Source: Candidatus Poribacteria bacterium (lineage in GTDB: Bacteria; Poribacteria; WGA-4E; WGA-3G). From it: 64,000 nucleotides of DNA. The notes beneath the pieces were generated by a model. The model worked only from the letters and a program-made list of their open reading frames with translations, was not told where the DNA came from and made no database searches. Position numbers and translations under genes: made by a program. Positions 16,697-25,545 of this stretch are shown here, in pieces. The stretch's first letter is position 1, and each line of letters starts with the position of its first letter. The stretch is taken from contig OZ240248.1 in assembly GCA_965198235.1 (NCBI GenBank), positions 3,264,001 to 3,328,000 on the forward strand, written 5' to 3'.

Positions 16697-18571
16697 TTAA
16701 GGAATAAGTGCCCGGAATTCTGGGCTGAAACGGATGGCATCAAACTCACTTTGAGTTTGTGCTCTTTGTATGAATTGCTTATCCAGAGCAATGGCTTTGG
16801 TAAGGTATTTCAACGCTTGAGAGGATTGTCCTTCTTTCATAGCCGCTAAGCTGGCGTGATATAGGTATTCAGGGTTATTCGAGGTATACGCGAGTACCTG
16901 TTCAAAGGCGTTGAGGGCTTCCCTGTAGCGTCCCTGTTTATACAGTATCCATCCGAGCGTATCGTGAATATATGTTGCATCTGGGGTGAGTTCATGTGCG
17001 CGTCTTGCCAACCTTTCTGCTTCACTTAGATTTGTCCCCAATTTATCGGCATAGAGCCACGCCAGTGTGTTGTATGCTGCCGCAAATTCTGGACCTGTCG
17101 CAATCGATTCCGAAAGTAGCGTAACTGCCGCCTCTAAGTTCCCTGTTGCGCTGGCGCGTCGTCCCTGTTCCCACAATTGATAGGCTGTAAATGGATATTT
17201 TCCTGCTTTGAGTTCGGTGGCGAATACGAGCAACTGTGCAATCTGTGGATTGGGACGTATAGTTTGAGCGGTTTTGCATGCTTGAATTGCCTCGTCGAAT
17301 CGCTTTAAACTGAAATATACCCACGCTAAATTTTCATGTGCCATCGCGTAGCGAGGATTCAACGCGACTGCCTGCTCCCACAATTTAAGTGCAGTGGGTA
17401 TATCTCCCCGGTTTCTCGCTGAAATGCCACGCCTCCATGTCCGATAAGCCTGCATCGTGTATTCACCAGATTTTATGTCTTGGGCGGTATTGAGCGTAAA
17501 CTTAATAGTATTCAATTCGGATGGTGAAACACGCGAACCTTTCCCTGCGGAAATCGCGGTGGTGTTTGTTTTTATTGCTGACTGGCATGCCGCGATGGCA
17601 GAGTCCAACCGTTCCATTTCAAGCAGAACCGTGCCCATGTTCGCCCAAGCACTTACCATTTCTGGATTTAGGTCCACCGCTTGTTGGTAAGCAGAGACTG
17701 CTGATTCCAATTGCTTGTCGGACAGATAACAGTTCCCAAGGTTATAAAAAATGTCTGCTACACCTGCCTGTTGAGAACGCTTCTTGTCAGATACCAACGC
17801 GATTGCTGAAAGGTAAATGCTGATTGCAGATTCGTATTCACCTATTTCAAAATAGAGTCCAGCCAGTTGTAAATATGCTTGTAAGTACGTCGGACTTTCA
17901 GCGATCGCTTGTTTCCAGGCAGCTATCGCAGCTTCCGTTCGTCCGGTACGTTTAGCCTGCATGCCTACCTGATAGTGTTGATAAGCAGTAAGCGAGTAAA
18001 TTCGAGCATGCAAGTCGCGAGCGGTTGCGAGGTTAACATGCAACTGGTGCAGATTGGGACTGAGGGTCAGGCCTTCCTCATATACCGCAATTGCCTCGTC
18101 AAACCGACCTAATTCTTGATAGGCAAGCCCTAAATTGTTGAGTGCTTCTACGTTATGCGGTTGAATTTCAAGAGCAGTTTCATAAGCTTTGGTTGCCTGT
18201 TCATAGAGAGCCCGCTTAGCAGAAATATTTACGGCATTGGCGTTGCCAGCTTTGTGTGAAGCCAGCCCTAATTTGATGAGCGCGTCTATGTCGCGGGGCA
18301 GAAGTTTTAAGGTGTGGGTAAAGGCATCGATCGCTTTTGGGAATTCTGCTTTCTGATAGTAAACTAATCCGATGTGATAGTGCGCATCCGCAAATTCTGG
18401 CGCGATTGTTGTAACTTGCCTGAACGTTTCAAGCGCAACGTCTAACTGCCCGGCGTTTAATTCTTGGATGCCTTGGGCAAATAAGGACGTTGCCTTTTCG
18501 CTTGCAACAATCGTGTGCCCGATGGTAATGAGTAGGACACAGATCCAAATGAGGAGTTGGGGGCGATACAT
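16697..18571 (-). CDS. Exported tetratricopeptide-repeat protein
   Basis: N-terminal signal peptide and many TPR motifs (AHYHIG, ALNNLG, FYNLG, AYNTLAW, DTLGWILY). Confidence 0.9.
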   Translation of the reverse strand: MYRPQLLIWICVLLITIGHTIVASEKATSLFAQGIQELNAGQLDVALETFRQVTTIAPEFADAHYHIGLVYYQKAEFPKAIDAFTHTLKLLPRDIDALIKLGLASHKAGNANAVNISAKRALYEQATKAYETALEIQPHNVEALNNLGLAYQELGRFDEAIAVYEEGLTLSPNLHQLHVNLATARDLHARIYSLTAYQHYQVGMQAKRTGRTEAAIAAWKQAIAESPTYLQAYLQLAGLYFEIGEYESAISIYLSAIALVSDKKRSQQAGVADIFYNLGNCYLSDKQLESAVSAYQQAVDLNPEMVSAWANMGTVLLEMERLDSAIAACQSAIKTNTTAISAGKGSRVSPSELNTIKFTLNTAQDIKSGEYTMQAYRTWRRGISARNRGDIPTALKLWEQAVALNPRYAMAHENLAWVYFSLKRFDEAIQACKTAQTIRPNPQIAQLLVFATELKAGKYPFTAYQLWEQGRRASATGNLEAAVTLLSESIATGPEFAAAYNTLAWLYADKLGTNLSEAERLARRAHELTPDATYIHDTLGWILYKQGRYREALNAFEQVLAYTSNNPEYLYHASLAAMKEGQSSQALKYLTKAIALDKQFIQRAQTQSEFDAIRFSPEFRALIP

Positions 18572-18820
18572 CGGTTTATCTTCCCATCACGTTTGCAAAA
18601 CAGGTTAGCATGTTGAATTTCCGTATATTTTAGCGGGTTTACCGTTTTATTGCAACTTGACAGTGGAAAAGTGCCTAAAGGCTATCATCACAACCGAAAG
18701 GGACTATACTTCTATGCAGAGATGGGGTATAATACCGATTTGAGGACACCCTTGAATTATCTCGCGTAAGAATTGCGTGAAGAAATAGCGACAAAAGTTC
18801 GCATCCACAGGTATTTTTTC

Positions 18821-20479
18821 ATGAAGTTTGCGTTCCGACTTCTCATAAGCCTTTTTATCGTTTCTAATGGACATGGACAATCAACTGTTAGATTTACAGA
18901 TGTCACCGCGGAGAGTGGCGTTGTCTTCCAGCACGAGGATGGTCGCAGTTACAAGAAGTATTTTGTCGAAACACTCGGTTCTGGAATCGCTCTGTTCGAT
19001 TATGACAATGACAACGACGTAGATATTTATCTCATCAATGGTGCCAATTTAGATACCTTTAATACCACTACGGATACAATGAACCACCTTTACCGCAACG
19101 ATGGAACAGGCCACTTCGTTGATGTAACTGACGAGAGTGGTCTTGGGCATCAGGGTTACGGTGTTGGTGTTTGTGTCGGAGATTACGACAACGACGGTTG
19201 GCTTGATGTGTATGTAACCAACTTTGGCACTAATATACTTTACCGAAATAATGGAGACGGCACTTTCATTGACCGGACAGTAGAAGCAGGTGTAGGGGTC
19301 GATGACTGGAGCGCAGGGTGTGCGTTTGCGGATGTGGATGCCGATGGGGACTTGGATCTCTATGTTGCGAACTATGTCAATTTCTCTGTGGAGACGCACA
19401 CGCCTTGTCGGGTCAAAGGGATCCTGGTTTATTGTAGTCCTCGGACTTATGATGGGGTGAAAGACATTTTTTATCGCAACAATGGCGATGGCACCTTTAC
19501 TGAGGATACGCTGAATACAGGTTTTGACAACTTCGCTGCGCGAGGTCTTGGTGTTACCTTCGGGGATTATGACGCTGATGGCGACACAGATCTCTACGTC
19601 GCAAACGATGCAGATGCCAACTTCCTCTATAATAACGATGGAAGTGGGAAGTTTCGAGAGCAGAGTCAGTTTGCTGGTGTCGCACTTAGCGAACACGGAT
19701 TGGTTGAAAACGGGATGGGTGTTGCTTTCGGCGATTACGATAACGATACATGGCTCGACCTCGTCGTCACTAACTTTCAGCATCAGACAAATACACTTTA
19801 TCACAGCGATACGGGTGAATTCTTCACGGATCAGACCTATACGTCTGGCACCGGTAACATCAGTCTGCCGTATTTAGCGTGGGGGGTCAATTTCTTTGAT
19901 TTCGACCATGATGGATTTCAGGACATCTTCGTTGCAAATGGACATATCCACGATAATGTAACACTCATTGATAGTTCAACGACGTATGAGCAACCGAACC
20001 ACCTATTTTGGAACAACGGAAATGGCACCTTTGCGGATGTCACGGCGCAAAGCGGTCCGGGATTTGCGCTGCAGCGTTCCAGCCGCGGCAGTGCCGTCGG
20101 TGATTTGGATAACGATGGTGATCTTGATCTGGTAGTGTCAAATGTCGGTGAAAGTGTGGATATCCTGCGGAACGATGGAGGAAATCGTTCAGGACATTGG
20201 ATAAACCTTATGTTGGTAGGCACTACGTCCAATCGAGCCGCCATTGGAACGCGGGTGCTTATGAAGACGGGCGATTCCTGCCAAGTGCGAGAGGTACGGA
20301 GCGGTTCAAGTTACCTCTCACAAAACGATTTGCGCTTACATTTTGGGGTTGGAAGCCAAGAAAAGGTGGAATTAGAGATTAAATGGCAGGGAGGAACCGT
20401 TCAGAGATTTTCGGAGGTGCCAGTCAATCAGTTTCTAAAAATTGTGGAGGGGCGCGATCAATTGGAGTCGCTTAATTGA
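18821..20479 (+). CDS. CRTAC1-family protein (FG-GAP repeats plus ASPIC/UnbV C-terminus)
   Basis: Repeated GDYDNDG.LD.YV.N motifs; SSRGSAVGDLDNDGDLD; SNRAAIGTRV...GSSYLSQND.RLHFG. Confidence 0.92.
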   Translation: MKFAFRLLISLFIVSNGHGQSTVRFTDVTAESGVVFQHEDGRSYKKYFVETLGSGIALFDYDNDNDVDIYLINGANLDTFNTTTDTMNHLYRNDGTGHFVDVTDESGLGHQGYGVGVCVGDYDNDGWLDVYVTNFGTNILYRNNGDGTFIDRTVEAGVGVDDWSAGCAFADVDADGDLDLYVANYVNFSVETHTPCRVKGILVYCSPRTYDGVKDIFYRNNGDGTFTEDTLNTGFDNFAARGLGVTFGDYDADGDTDLYVANDADANFLYNNDGSGKFREQSQFAGVALSEHGLVENGMGVAFGDYDNDTWLDLVVTNFQHQTNTLYHSDTGEFFTDQTYTSGTGNISLPYLAWGVNFFDFDHDGFQDIFVANGHIHDNVTLIDSSTTYEQPNHLFWNNGNGTFADVTAQSGPGFALQRSSRGSAVGDLDNDGDLDLVVSNVGESVDILRNDGGNRSGHWINLMLVGTTSNRAAIGTRVLMKTGDSCQVREVRSGSSYLSQNDLRLHFGVGSQEKVELEIKWQGGTVQRFSEVPVNQFLKIVEGRDQLESLN

Positions 20480-20484
20480 ACATG

Positions 20485-21393
20485 TTAGGGAGGTGGTGTT
20501 GCGGCGCATCGGAAGCCAATGGTTAGGTTGCGCGTTTCGGGGCGTGCGTGAAATCGATAAGCACACCGCATCTGATAGATACCGAGAAGGTTATTACTCC
20601 ACGAACCACCGCGTAACATCCGAGTCTGTCCTGTTTCAGGTCCCTGTGGATTTTGGTGTTGACTGTGTTGGTAATAATCCGCTGCGTACCAGTCAGCACA
20701 CCATTCAAACACATTACCTGCCATGTCGTACAACCCGTATCCGTTAGCAGGAAAGCTTCCGATAGGAGAGGTCCAGAGCCATTTGTCTTTTCCCCAAGCA
20801 CCGACAGTGTTCGCATGGTTTCGAGAGGAATCGTTTCCCCACGGATAATTTTGATTGACGAGCCTACCCCGCGCCGCCTTTTCCCATTCCGCTTCCGTAG
20901 TGAGCCGTTTGCCTGCCCATTCGCAATACGCCACGGCATCGGTGTAAGAGACACCGACCACAGGATGTGTGCCGTTTTTGGCACCGACAGGAAAGGATTC
21001 TTCCGCTCCTATCTGCGGGGTATGTGTCCAATATTTCGGTGTCAGATGTCCCGTTGCTGCAATAAAAACGGCATACTGCGCGTTCGACACAGGGGAGCGG
21101 TCAATATAGAATGCTGGAAGCGAAACAGAGTGCTGGGGGTGTTCCGCGTGGAAAAAATCTGTGGAGAGTCGGTCATCTTTGTGAATCAACGCGGCGGTTT
21201 GTGCAAGCGTGCTGCCCATCAGATAGGTTCCCGATGGAATCAGAACCATCTCACTGCCATCAGTTTCATTGATAACAACGAGAGGAAGTTCAGTGAACGC
21301 CGAATACGTAGGAATGAGAAAATAGACGCTCAAGAAAACAAAAGTCAGTCTATTTTTGATGTATTGGTGAATTGTTCTGTATTTCAAGTTCAT
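20485..21393 (-). CDS. Formylglycine-generating enzyme (SUMF1/FGE-sulfatase) domain protein
   Basis: MVLIPSG.YLMGS, HPVVGVSY.DA.AYC.WAGKRL.TEAEWEKAARG, NGYGLYDMAGNVFEWC, RGGSW, IGFRCA. Start uncertain. Confidence 0.92.
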   Translation of the reverse strand: MNLKYRTIHQYIKNRLTFVFLSVYFLIPTYSAFTELPLVVINETDGSEMVLIPSGTYLMGSTLAQTAALIHKDDRLSTDFFHAEHPQHSVSLPAFYIDRSPVSNAQYAVFIAATGHLTPKYWTHTPQIGAEESFPVGAKNGTHPVVGVSYTDAVAYCEWAGKRLTTEAEWEKAARGRLVNQNYPWGNDSSRNHANTVGAWGKDKWLWTSPIGSFPANGYGLYDMAGNVFEWCADWYAADYYQHSQHQNPQGPETGQTRMLRGGSWSNNLLGIYQMRCAYRFHARPETRNLTIGFRCAATPPP

Positions 21394-21474
21394 TTTTTTA
21401 ACCTTCTTTGGATACACAAAGTGTAGCACAGCATCTATGTGGTGTCAAATTCTAAAGTCGGTAAGCGGCGCACT

Positions 21475-21665
21475 CAGGAGATAGCTCCTGCTGAGGCGGT
21501 CAGGAGTCGGAAACTCTCAGAGATCTCTCCTATAATGAAGATGTCGGGATTCGGAGCTCCCTCCTATAGGAAAACTGGATGGCTCTGAATTAAAAGCAGA
21601 GACATTCAATTGTAGGTTTTTTGAGCATTTTCGCGAAGGCATCGCGAGCAGGAGCTCGCTCCTAC
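21475..21665. repeat. Cluster of REP-like palindromes in a divergent intergenic region
   Basis: GTCGGGATTCGGAGCTCCCTCCTAT (21543-21567), TCGCGAGCAGGAGCTCGCTCCTAC (21642-21665), CAGGAG-ATAG-CTCCTG near 21476. Confidence 0.65.
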
Positions 21666-21738
21666 AGCGAAGTGCTCTCAAGCAGAACATCAAAATTGTG
21701 GGAGAATTGAATGCTTCTGGAATTAAAAGAAAGAAATC

Positions 21739-21768
21739 TTGACAAGTATTAACAAAATAGATTATAAT
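21739..21768 (+). promoter_or_regulatory. Sigma-70 promoter
   Basis: TTGACA-N18-TATAAT, followed by GGAGG and GTG at 21803. Confidence 0.75.
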
Positions 21769-21802
21769 TAAAATAACTTCTACACATATGGAGGTAACCG
21801 CT

Positions 21803-22531
21803 GTGCGAAAAATGGCTATTTTCTGTTACCTGATAATGTTGATTCTGCTGTTGTGTCAGGTGAGCGATGCGAAACTTCTCATAGCAGATGATTTTAAAGG
21901 TAAACTCAACGGTAAATACTGGAAGGGCCAAGAGGCGTCTTGGGATGTGAACGGCGGGCAGCTGGAAATCCACAGAGTTGGTGGAGATGGCAACGGTCCC
22001 ATGGATTTTGGGTACGGGTTGATAGAGTTTGAAAATTTTGGGTTACGTCTCGATTTTCATCTGCTTGTTGATCCGTTTCCGAGTAAGATGGAACTCTTGT
22101 TTCGTGCGAATATAGACTACCATTTCTATCAATTAATTATTACACCTGCTGATGGTGCCGGTCGCCCGAATTCTGCACGTTGGTACAAGCGCGAAGGAAA
22201 TGATCGAGGCACCTGGAAGGAGTATCGCGAACACAGAGCTGAATTCCCAATTCAGGTTTTATCGAAAACGTGGTACACAATCGTATTGCTTGGGGATGGT
22301 AATACGTTCCAACTCTATATCAAAGAACGGGGAACACCCACATTTGACAAGGTCATCGAATGGACGGATTTGAAAAACCTCCATCCTAAAGGGGCCCTCG
22401 GTATTCACACCAATCAACTTCAACACTACTACATTGATAATCTTTATCTTTACGATAACCCACGCGAGGTTAACCTCGCCGTTGAACCTCAAGGCAAACT
22501 TGCTGTAACATGGGCGGCTCTCAAACAATAG
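21803..22531 (+). CDS. Secreted ConA-like/DUF1080-type beta-sandwich protein with C-terminal KLAxTW motif
   Basis: Signal peptide; DDF...W.V..G.L, ENF.LRLDF, WYTIVL, KGALGI...YYIDNLYLY; ends AVEPQGKLAVTWAALKQ. Confidence 0.7.
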   Translation: MRKMAIFCYLIMLILLLCQVSDAKLLIADDFKGKLNGKYWKGQEASWDVNGGQLEIHRVGGDGNGPMDFGYGLIEFENFGLRLDFHLLVDPFPSKMELLFRANIDYHFYQLIITPADGAGRPNSARWYKREGNDRGTWKEYREHRAEFPIQVLSKTWYTIVLLGDGNTFQLYIKERGTPTFDKVIEWTDLKNLHPKGALGIHTNQLQHYYIDNLYLYDNPREVNLAVEPQGKLAVTWAALKQ

Positions 22532-22836
22532 GTGCCCCAGTTTCAAGGAACTTGTGCCGTTTTGCAGAAACGATTTTGGAGCGAAAAAGCGTTGGCACTC
22601 ACTTACAGTTCATTAGAACACGCTATAAGGTTTCTGTGCTTTGATTGGCGGAAACTTTATGGTTTCATTTGCGTTTCCGACTAACTACATGTTAGTGTAA
22701 CTATTTAAACTTTCCAGGCGCAAAAGCGTCTAATTTTGCATCCTCACCTGGCGAGGAATGCTGTTTCGTCACACGCATACGTTACACAAAACATAACGAC
22801 ATAAGATCAACCACCTCAAAAAGGAGAACTGAAACC

Positions 22837-23709
22837 GTGAAACAACTTTTCCTAATTTTAGTACTCAGCTTATCACTTTTCGCGCTTGCTTTGACAAGCG
22901 CGTTTGCAGCAGACTTGGCAATTTATTCGGGGCCGACGAACCCGGGTTGGATTTCACAAGATGCTGCGATCGCGAACGCTGAGGCGATCATGAATGACGA
23001 CCAGATGAAAGCCATCTTTGAAAGCGTTGAAAACTACGGAGATGGCGACGAAGTCGGTTCTGATTCCCCGTTAGGTAAATGGATGAAGGCACACACTGGG
23101 AACGGACAGCAGGATGTTTTCATTGCTGCCTCAGGGACCGCACCGAGCGCAGTTTATCAATTCCCGAATGTAAATCCTGACGGTTCCAACATCGAAAATT
23201 TCATTGAAGATGGGAACGTTTTCATCAACGTTGCAGACTGGCTTTTGTATATGAGTTACGAAGGCGGCTCGCGGAGTGCTGATAATGGAGCAGCAGGAGC
23301 TGCAAATGTTTTTGACATTCCCGGGCTTACCTTCGGCAATCGAGGTGGACCGCAGGTCCCCACGGATGATGGGAAGAAATACATCGCATCGTTGGAGGAA
23401 TTCAAGTCCGATCGTCCATGGCATCTGGAGCAGTTCGACGGCACAGATTGGGAAGTCACTGCTTTTGCTGTCTCAAACGACGATCCGAATACCGCTGATC
23501 CAGCGGTTGCTGTTAATAAGGCAGACGGCGGAATTATCGCCGCAATGTGGCAAAAGGCACAGCCCAATTGGGGTGGTGACGATCCGCGTGCAAGCGGCGT
23601 TATTGAATTTATCGCCAACTGGCTCATGGAACATGGAAGTATTGTAACCGCGGTAGATGCCCAGCACAAAATGGCGACAACCTGGGGCAGAATTAAATCC
23701 GGTCGATAG
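22837..23709 (+). CDS. Secreted protein of unknown function with C-terminal KMATTWG motif (paralog 1)
   Basis: AGGAG RBS, signal peptide ending AFA, ends AVDAQHKMATTWGRIKSGR; highly similar to the next gene. Confidence 0.85.
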   Translation: MKQLFLILVLSLSLFALALTSAFAADLAIYSGPTNPGWISQDAAIANAEAIMNDDQMKAIFESVENYGDGDEVGSDSPLGKWMKAHTGNGQQDVFIAASGTAPSAVYQFPNVNPDGSNIENFIEDGNVFINVADWLLYMSYEGGSRSADNGAAGAANVFDIPGLTFGNRGGPQVPTDDGKKYIASLEEFKSDRPWHLEQFDGTDWEVTAFAVSNDDPNTADPAVAVNKADGGIIAAMWQKAQPNWGGDDPRASGVIEFIANWLMEHGSIVTAVDAQHKMATTWGRIKSGR

Positions 23710-23813
23710 TTGTCTCTTTGACAACTCCTTTACTGACAAGATACGGGTGGAGTGTTAACGCTCCACTCCAACACTCACCCACTGATGGCAACCAAAAAGG
23801 AGGATTGCACATC

Positions 23814-24680
23814 ATGAAAATCTATGTAGGTATAGCCCTCTTGGCTCTCCTGAGCTGTGTGGCTACAGTTTCAGCAAACGATTTGGCGTTTTACTCAGGA
23901 CCGACCAATCCGGGTTGGATCTCTGACGGCGCAGTTGCCGAAAATGTCAAAGCGATCAGTAACGATGCTGGTGTCAAAGCACTGTTTAACAGCATTGAAG
24001 ACTTTGGCGATGGTGACGAAGAAGGCGATGATTCTCCGCTCGCCAAATGGTGCGTGGAACATACAGGCAATGGCCAGCAAGACGTTATTATCCTCGCTTG
24101 TGGTACGTCACCGAGTGCGCTTTATCCGTTCCCAAACAAAAAGCCGGATGGCTCGAATGTAGAGAACTTCATTGAGGAAGGCAATGTCGTCATTAACGTG
24201 GCAGACTGGATTTTCTATATGAGCTACGAAGGTGGCGTTCGGAGTCCAGATAACGGTGGGGCGGGTGCAGCCAATGTCTTTGATATTGATGGCTTAACTT
24301 TTGGTGATCGGGGTGCTAACTTTGAAGCGACTGACATTGGGAAGGAAGCTATCCCCTCATTCAAACCCTTTAAATCCACCCGTCCGTGGCACCTCGAACA
24401 GTTTGGTGGCTCAGACTGGAATGTCGTTGTTTTTGCGCAAGCAGATAAGAACACAGCAGACCCGGCAGTTGCAGTCAGTAAATCACCGGGCAAAGACGGT
24501 ACCGGTATGATTGCAGCAATGTGGCAGAAGAATGCGCCTATTTGGGCTGATAAACCAGATATCCGAGGTATTGGGGTTGCTGAATTCATTAACAACTGGC
24601 TTGCAGAAGAGGGTTCATTTGATGTTGAAGCCAAGAACAAATTAGCGACAACTTGGGGCACACTCAAGCAGACTCGCTAA
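23814..24680 (+). CDS. Secreted protein of unknown function with C-terminal KLATTWG motif (paralog 2)
   Basis: AGGAGG RBS before ATG 23814, signal peptide, shares YSGPTNPGWIS / HTGNGQQDV / INVADW / GAANVFDI with paralog 1; ends DVEAKNKLATTWGTLKQTR. Confidence 0.85.
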   Translation: MKIYVGIALLALLSCVATVSANDLAFYSGPTNPGWISDGAVAENVKAISNDAGVKALFNSIEDFGDGDEEGDDSPLAKWCVEHTGNGQQDVIILACGTSPSALYPFPNKKPDGSNVENFIEEGNVVINVADWIFYMSYEGGVRSPDNGGAGAANVFDIDGLTFGDRGANFEATDIGKEAIPSFKPFKSTRPWHLEQFGGSDWNVVVFAQADKNTADPAVAVSKSPGKDGTGMIAAMWQKNAPIWADKPDIRGIGVAEFINNWLAEEGSFDVEAKNKLATTWGTLKQTR

Positions 24681-24738
24681 TTGCGTACAGTTTATCTTTG
24701 AGACAGCATTGAACTGTCCGGACGATTCTTTATAGGAG

Positions 24739-24788
24739 AATGCCTCTGCGCCGCCTGAGCAGCGTAGAGGCATTTTCTTTTTTCTTTC
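24739..24788 (+). terminator. Rho-independent terminator
   Basis: AATGCCTCT...AGAGGCATT stem followed by a T-rich run, between convergent genes. Confidence 0.75.
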
Positions 24789-24832
24789 CAATTTCTTTAT
24801 CTATGGAAACAATTCTCTTAAAGTCTATTGTC

Positions 24833-25537
24833 TTACCGAATGTGGCTATAGAGTTTCGCGAGTTTCTCTGGCGAAACTCCGATGAAATAGAGCAAGGTGA
24901 TGAGCCAGTTGTTTAATGTCGTTCGGACGATACCTTTTGCTTCCCATCGCCTCGCTGATAGATGGATGTGTGGCACGATGAGCATTGTTTTGCCGAGTTT
25001 CCGCAAACCTTTTGAAAATTCCATCTCTTCCAGAATCGGAACGTCGGGAAAACCGCCGATTTTCTCAAAGTCGGCGCGTGCTAAAAAAATGCCACTATCA
25101 CCATAAAACACCTTTAGGTACTTGCCTCGGAGGTCCCCTGCTATTTCAATCATACGATAGAGAATACACTTACCATCGATCTTCTGATGGAACCCACCAC
25201 CGATGTAACCTGACGATAGTGCTGATTCTACTGCCGCCAATGCCCCCGATTCAAGCCAAATATCTGCGTGTAGGAAGATGAGTATGTCGCCTGTTGCCGC
25301 CACTGCACCTGCGTTTAACTGTTTTGCCCTTCCACGCGCTGATGTTAGCACCTTTCCATATTTCTCCGCGATACAGACAGAGTTATCGCTGCTTCCACCA
25401 TCTACGATGATAAGTTCATGGCGTTCCAATTCGGGCTGAAGCTGAGAGAGTGTTTTATCCAGAATCTTTGCTTCGTTCAGAATCGGAATAATAATAGATA
25501 TTGTGGGAGGGGTTTGTAACCCCGACTTCCTTCCCAT
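24833..25537 (-). CDS. Glycosyltransferase family 2 (TIGR04283-like)
   Basis: ISIIIPILNEA, IIVDGGSSD, GRAKQLNAGA, LIFLHAD, YGDSGIF, GGFPDVPILEE, SARRW. The likely start ATG 25537 lies just after the cyclase stop. Confidence 0.88.
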   Translation of the reverse strand: MGRKSGLQTPPTISIIIPILNEAKILDKTLSQLQPELERHELIIVDGGSSDNSVCIAEKYGKVLTSARGRAKQLNAGAVAATGDILIFLHADIWLESGALAAVESALSSGYIGGGFHQKIDGKCILYRMIEIAGDLRGKYLKVFYGDSGIFLARADFEKIGGFPDVPILEEMEFSKGLRKLGKTMLIVPHIHLSARRWEAKGIVRTTLNNWLITLLYFIGVSPEKLAKLYSHIR

Positions 25538-25545
25538 GTCCGAAC

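Noticed and set aside
19049-21426. Long antisense ORFs opposite the CRTAC1 and FGE genes (19049..19804, 20653..21426)
   Set aside because: Antisense shadows of repetitive, well-supported genes, with no RBS or motifs.
20485-21429. FGE-domain gene as a diversity-generating retroelement target
   Set aside because: No reverse transcriptase and no template repeat resembling its 3' end in the window.
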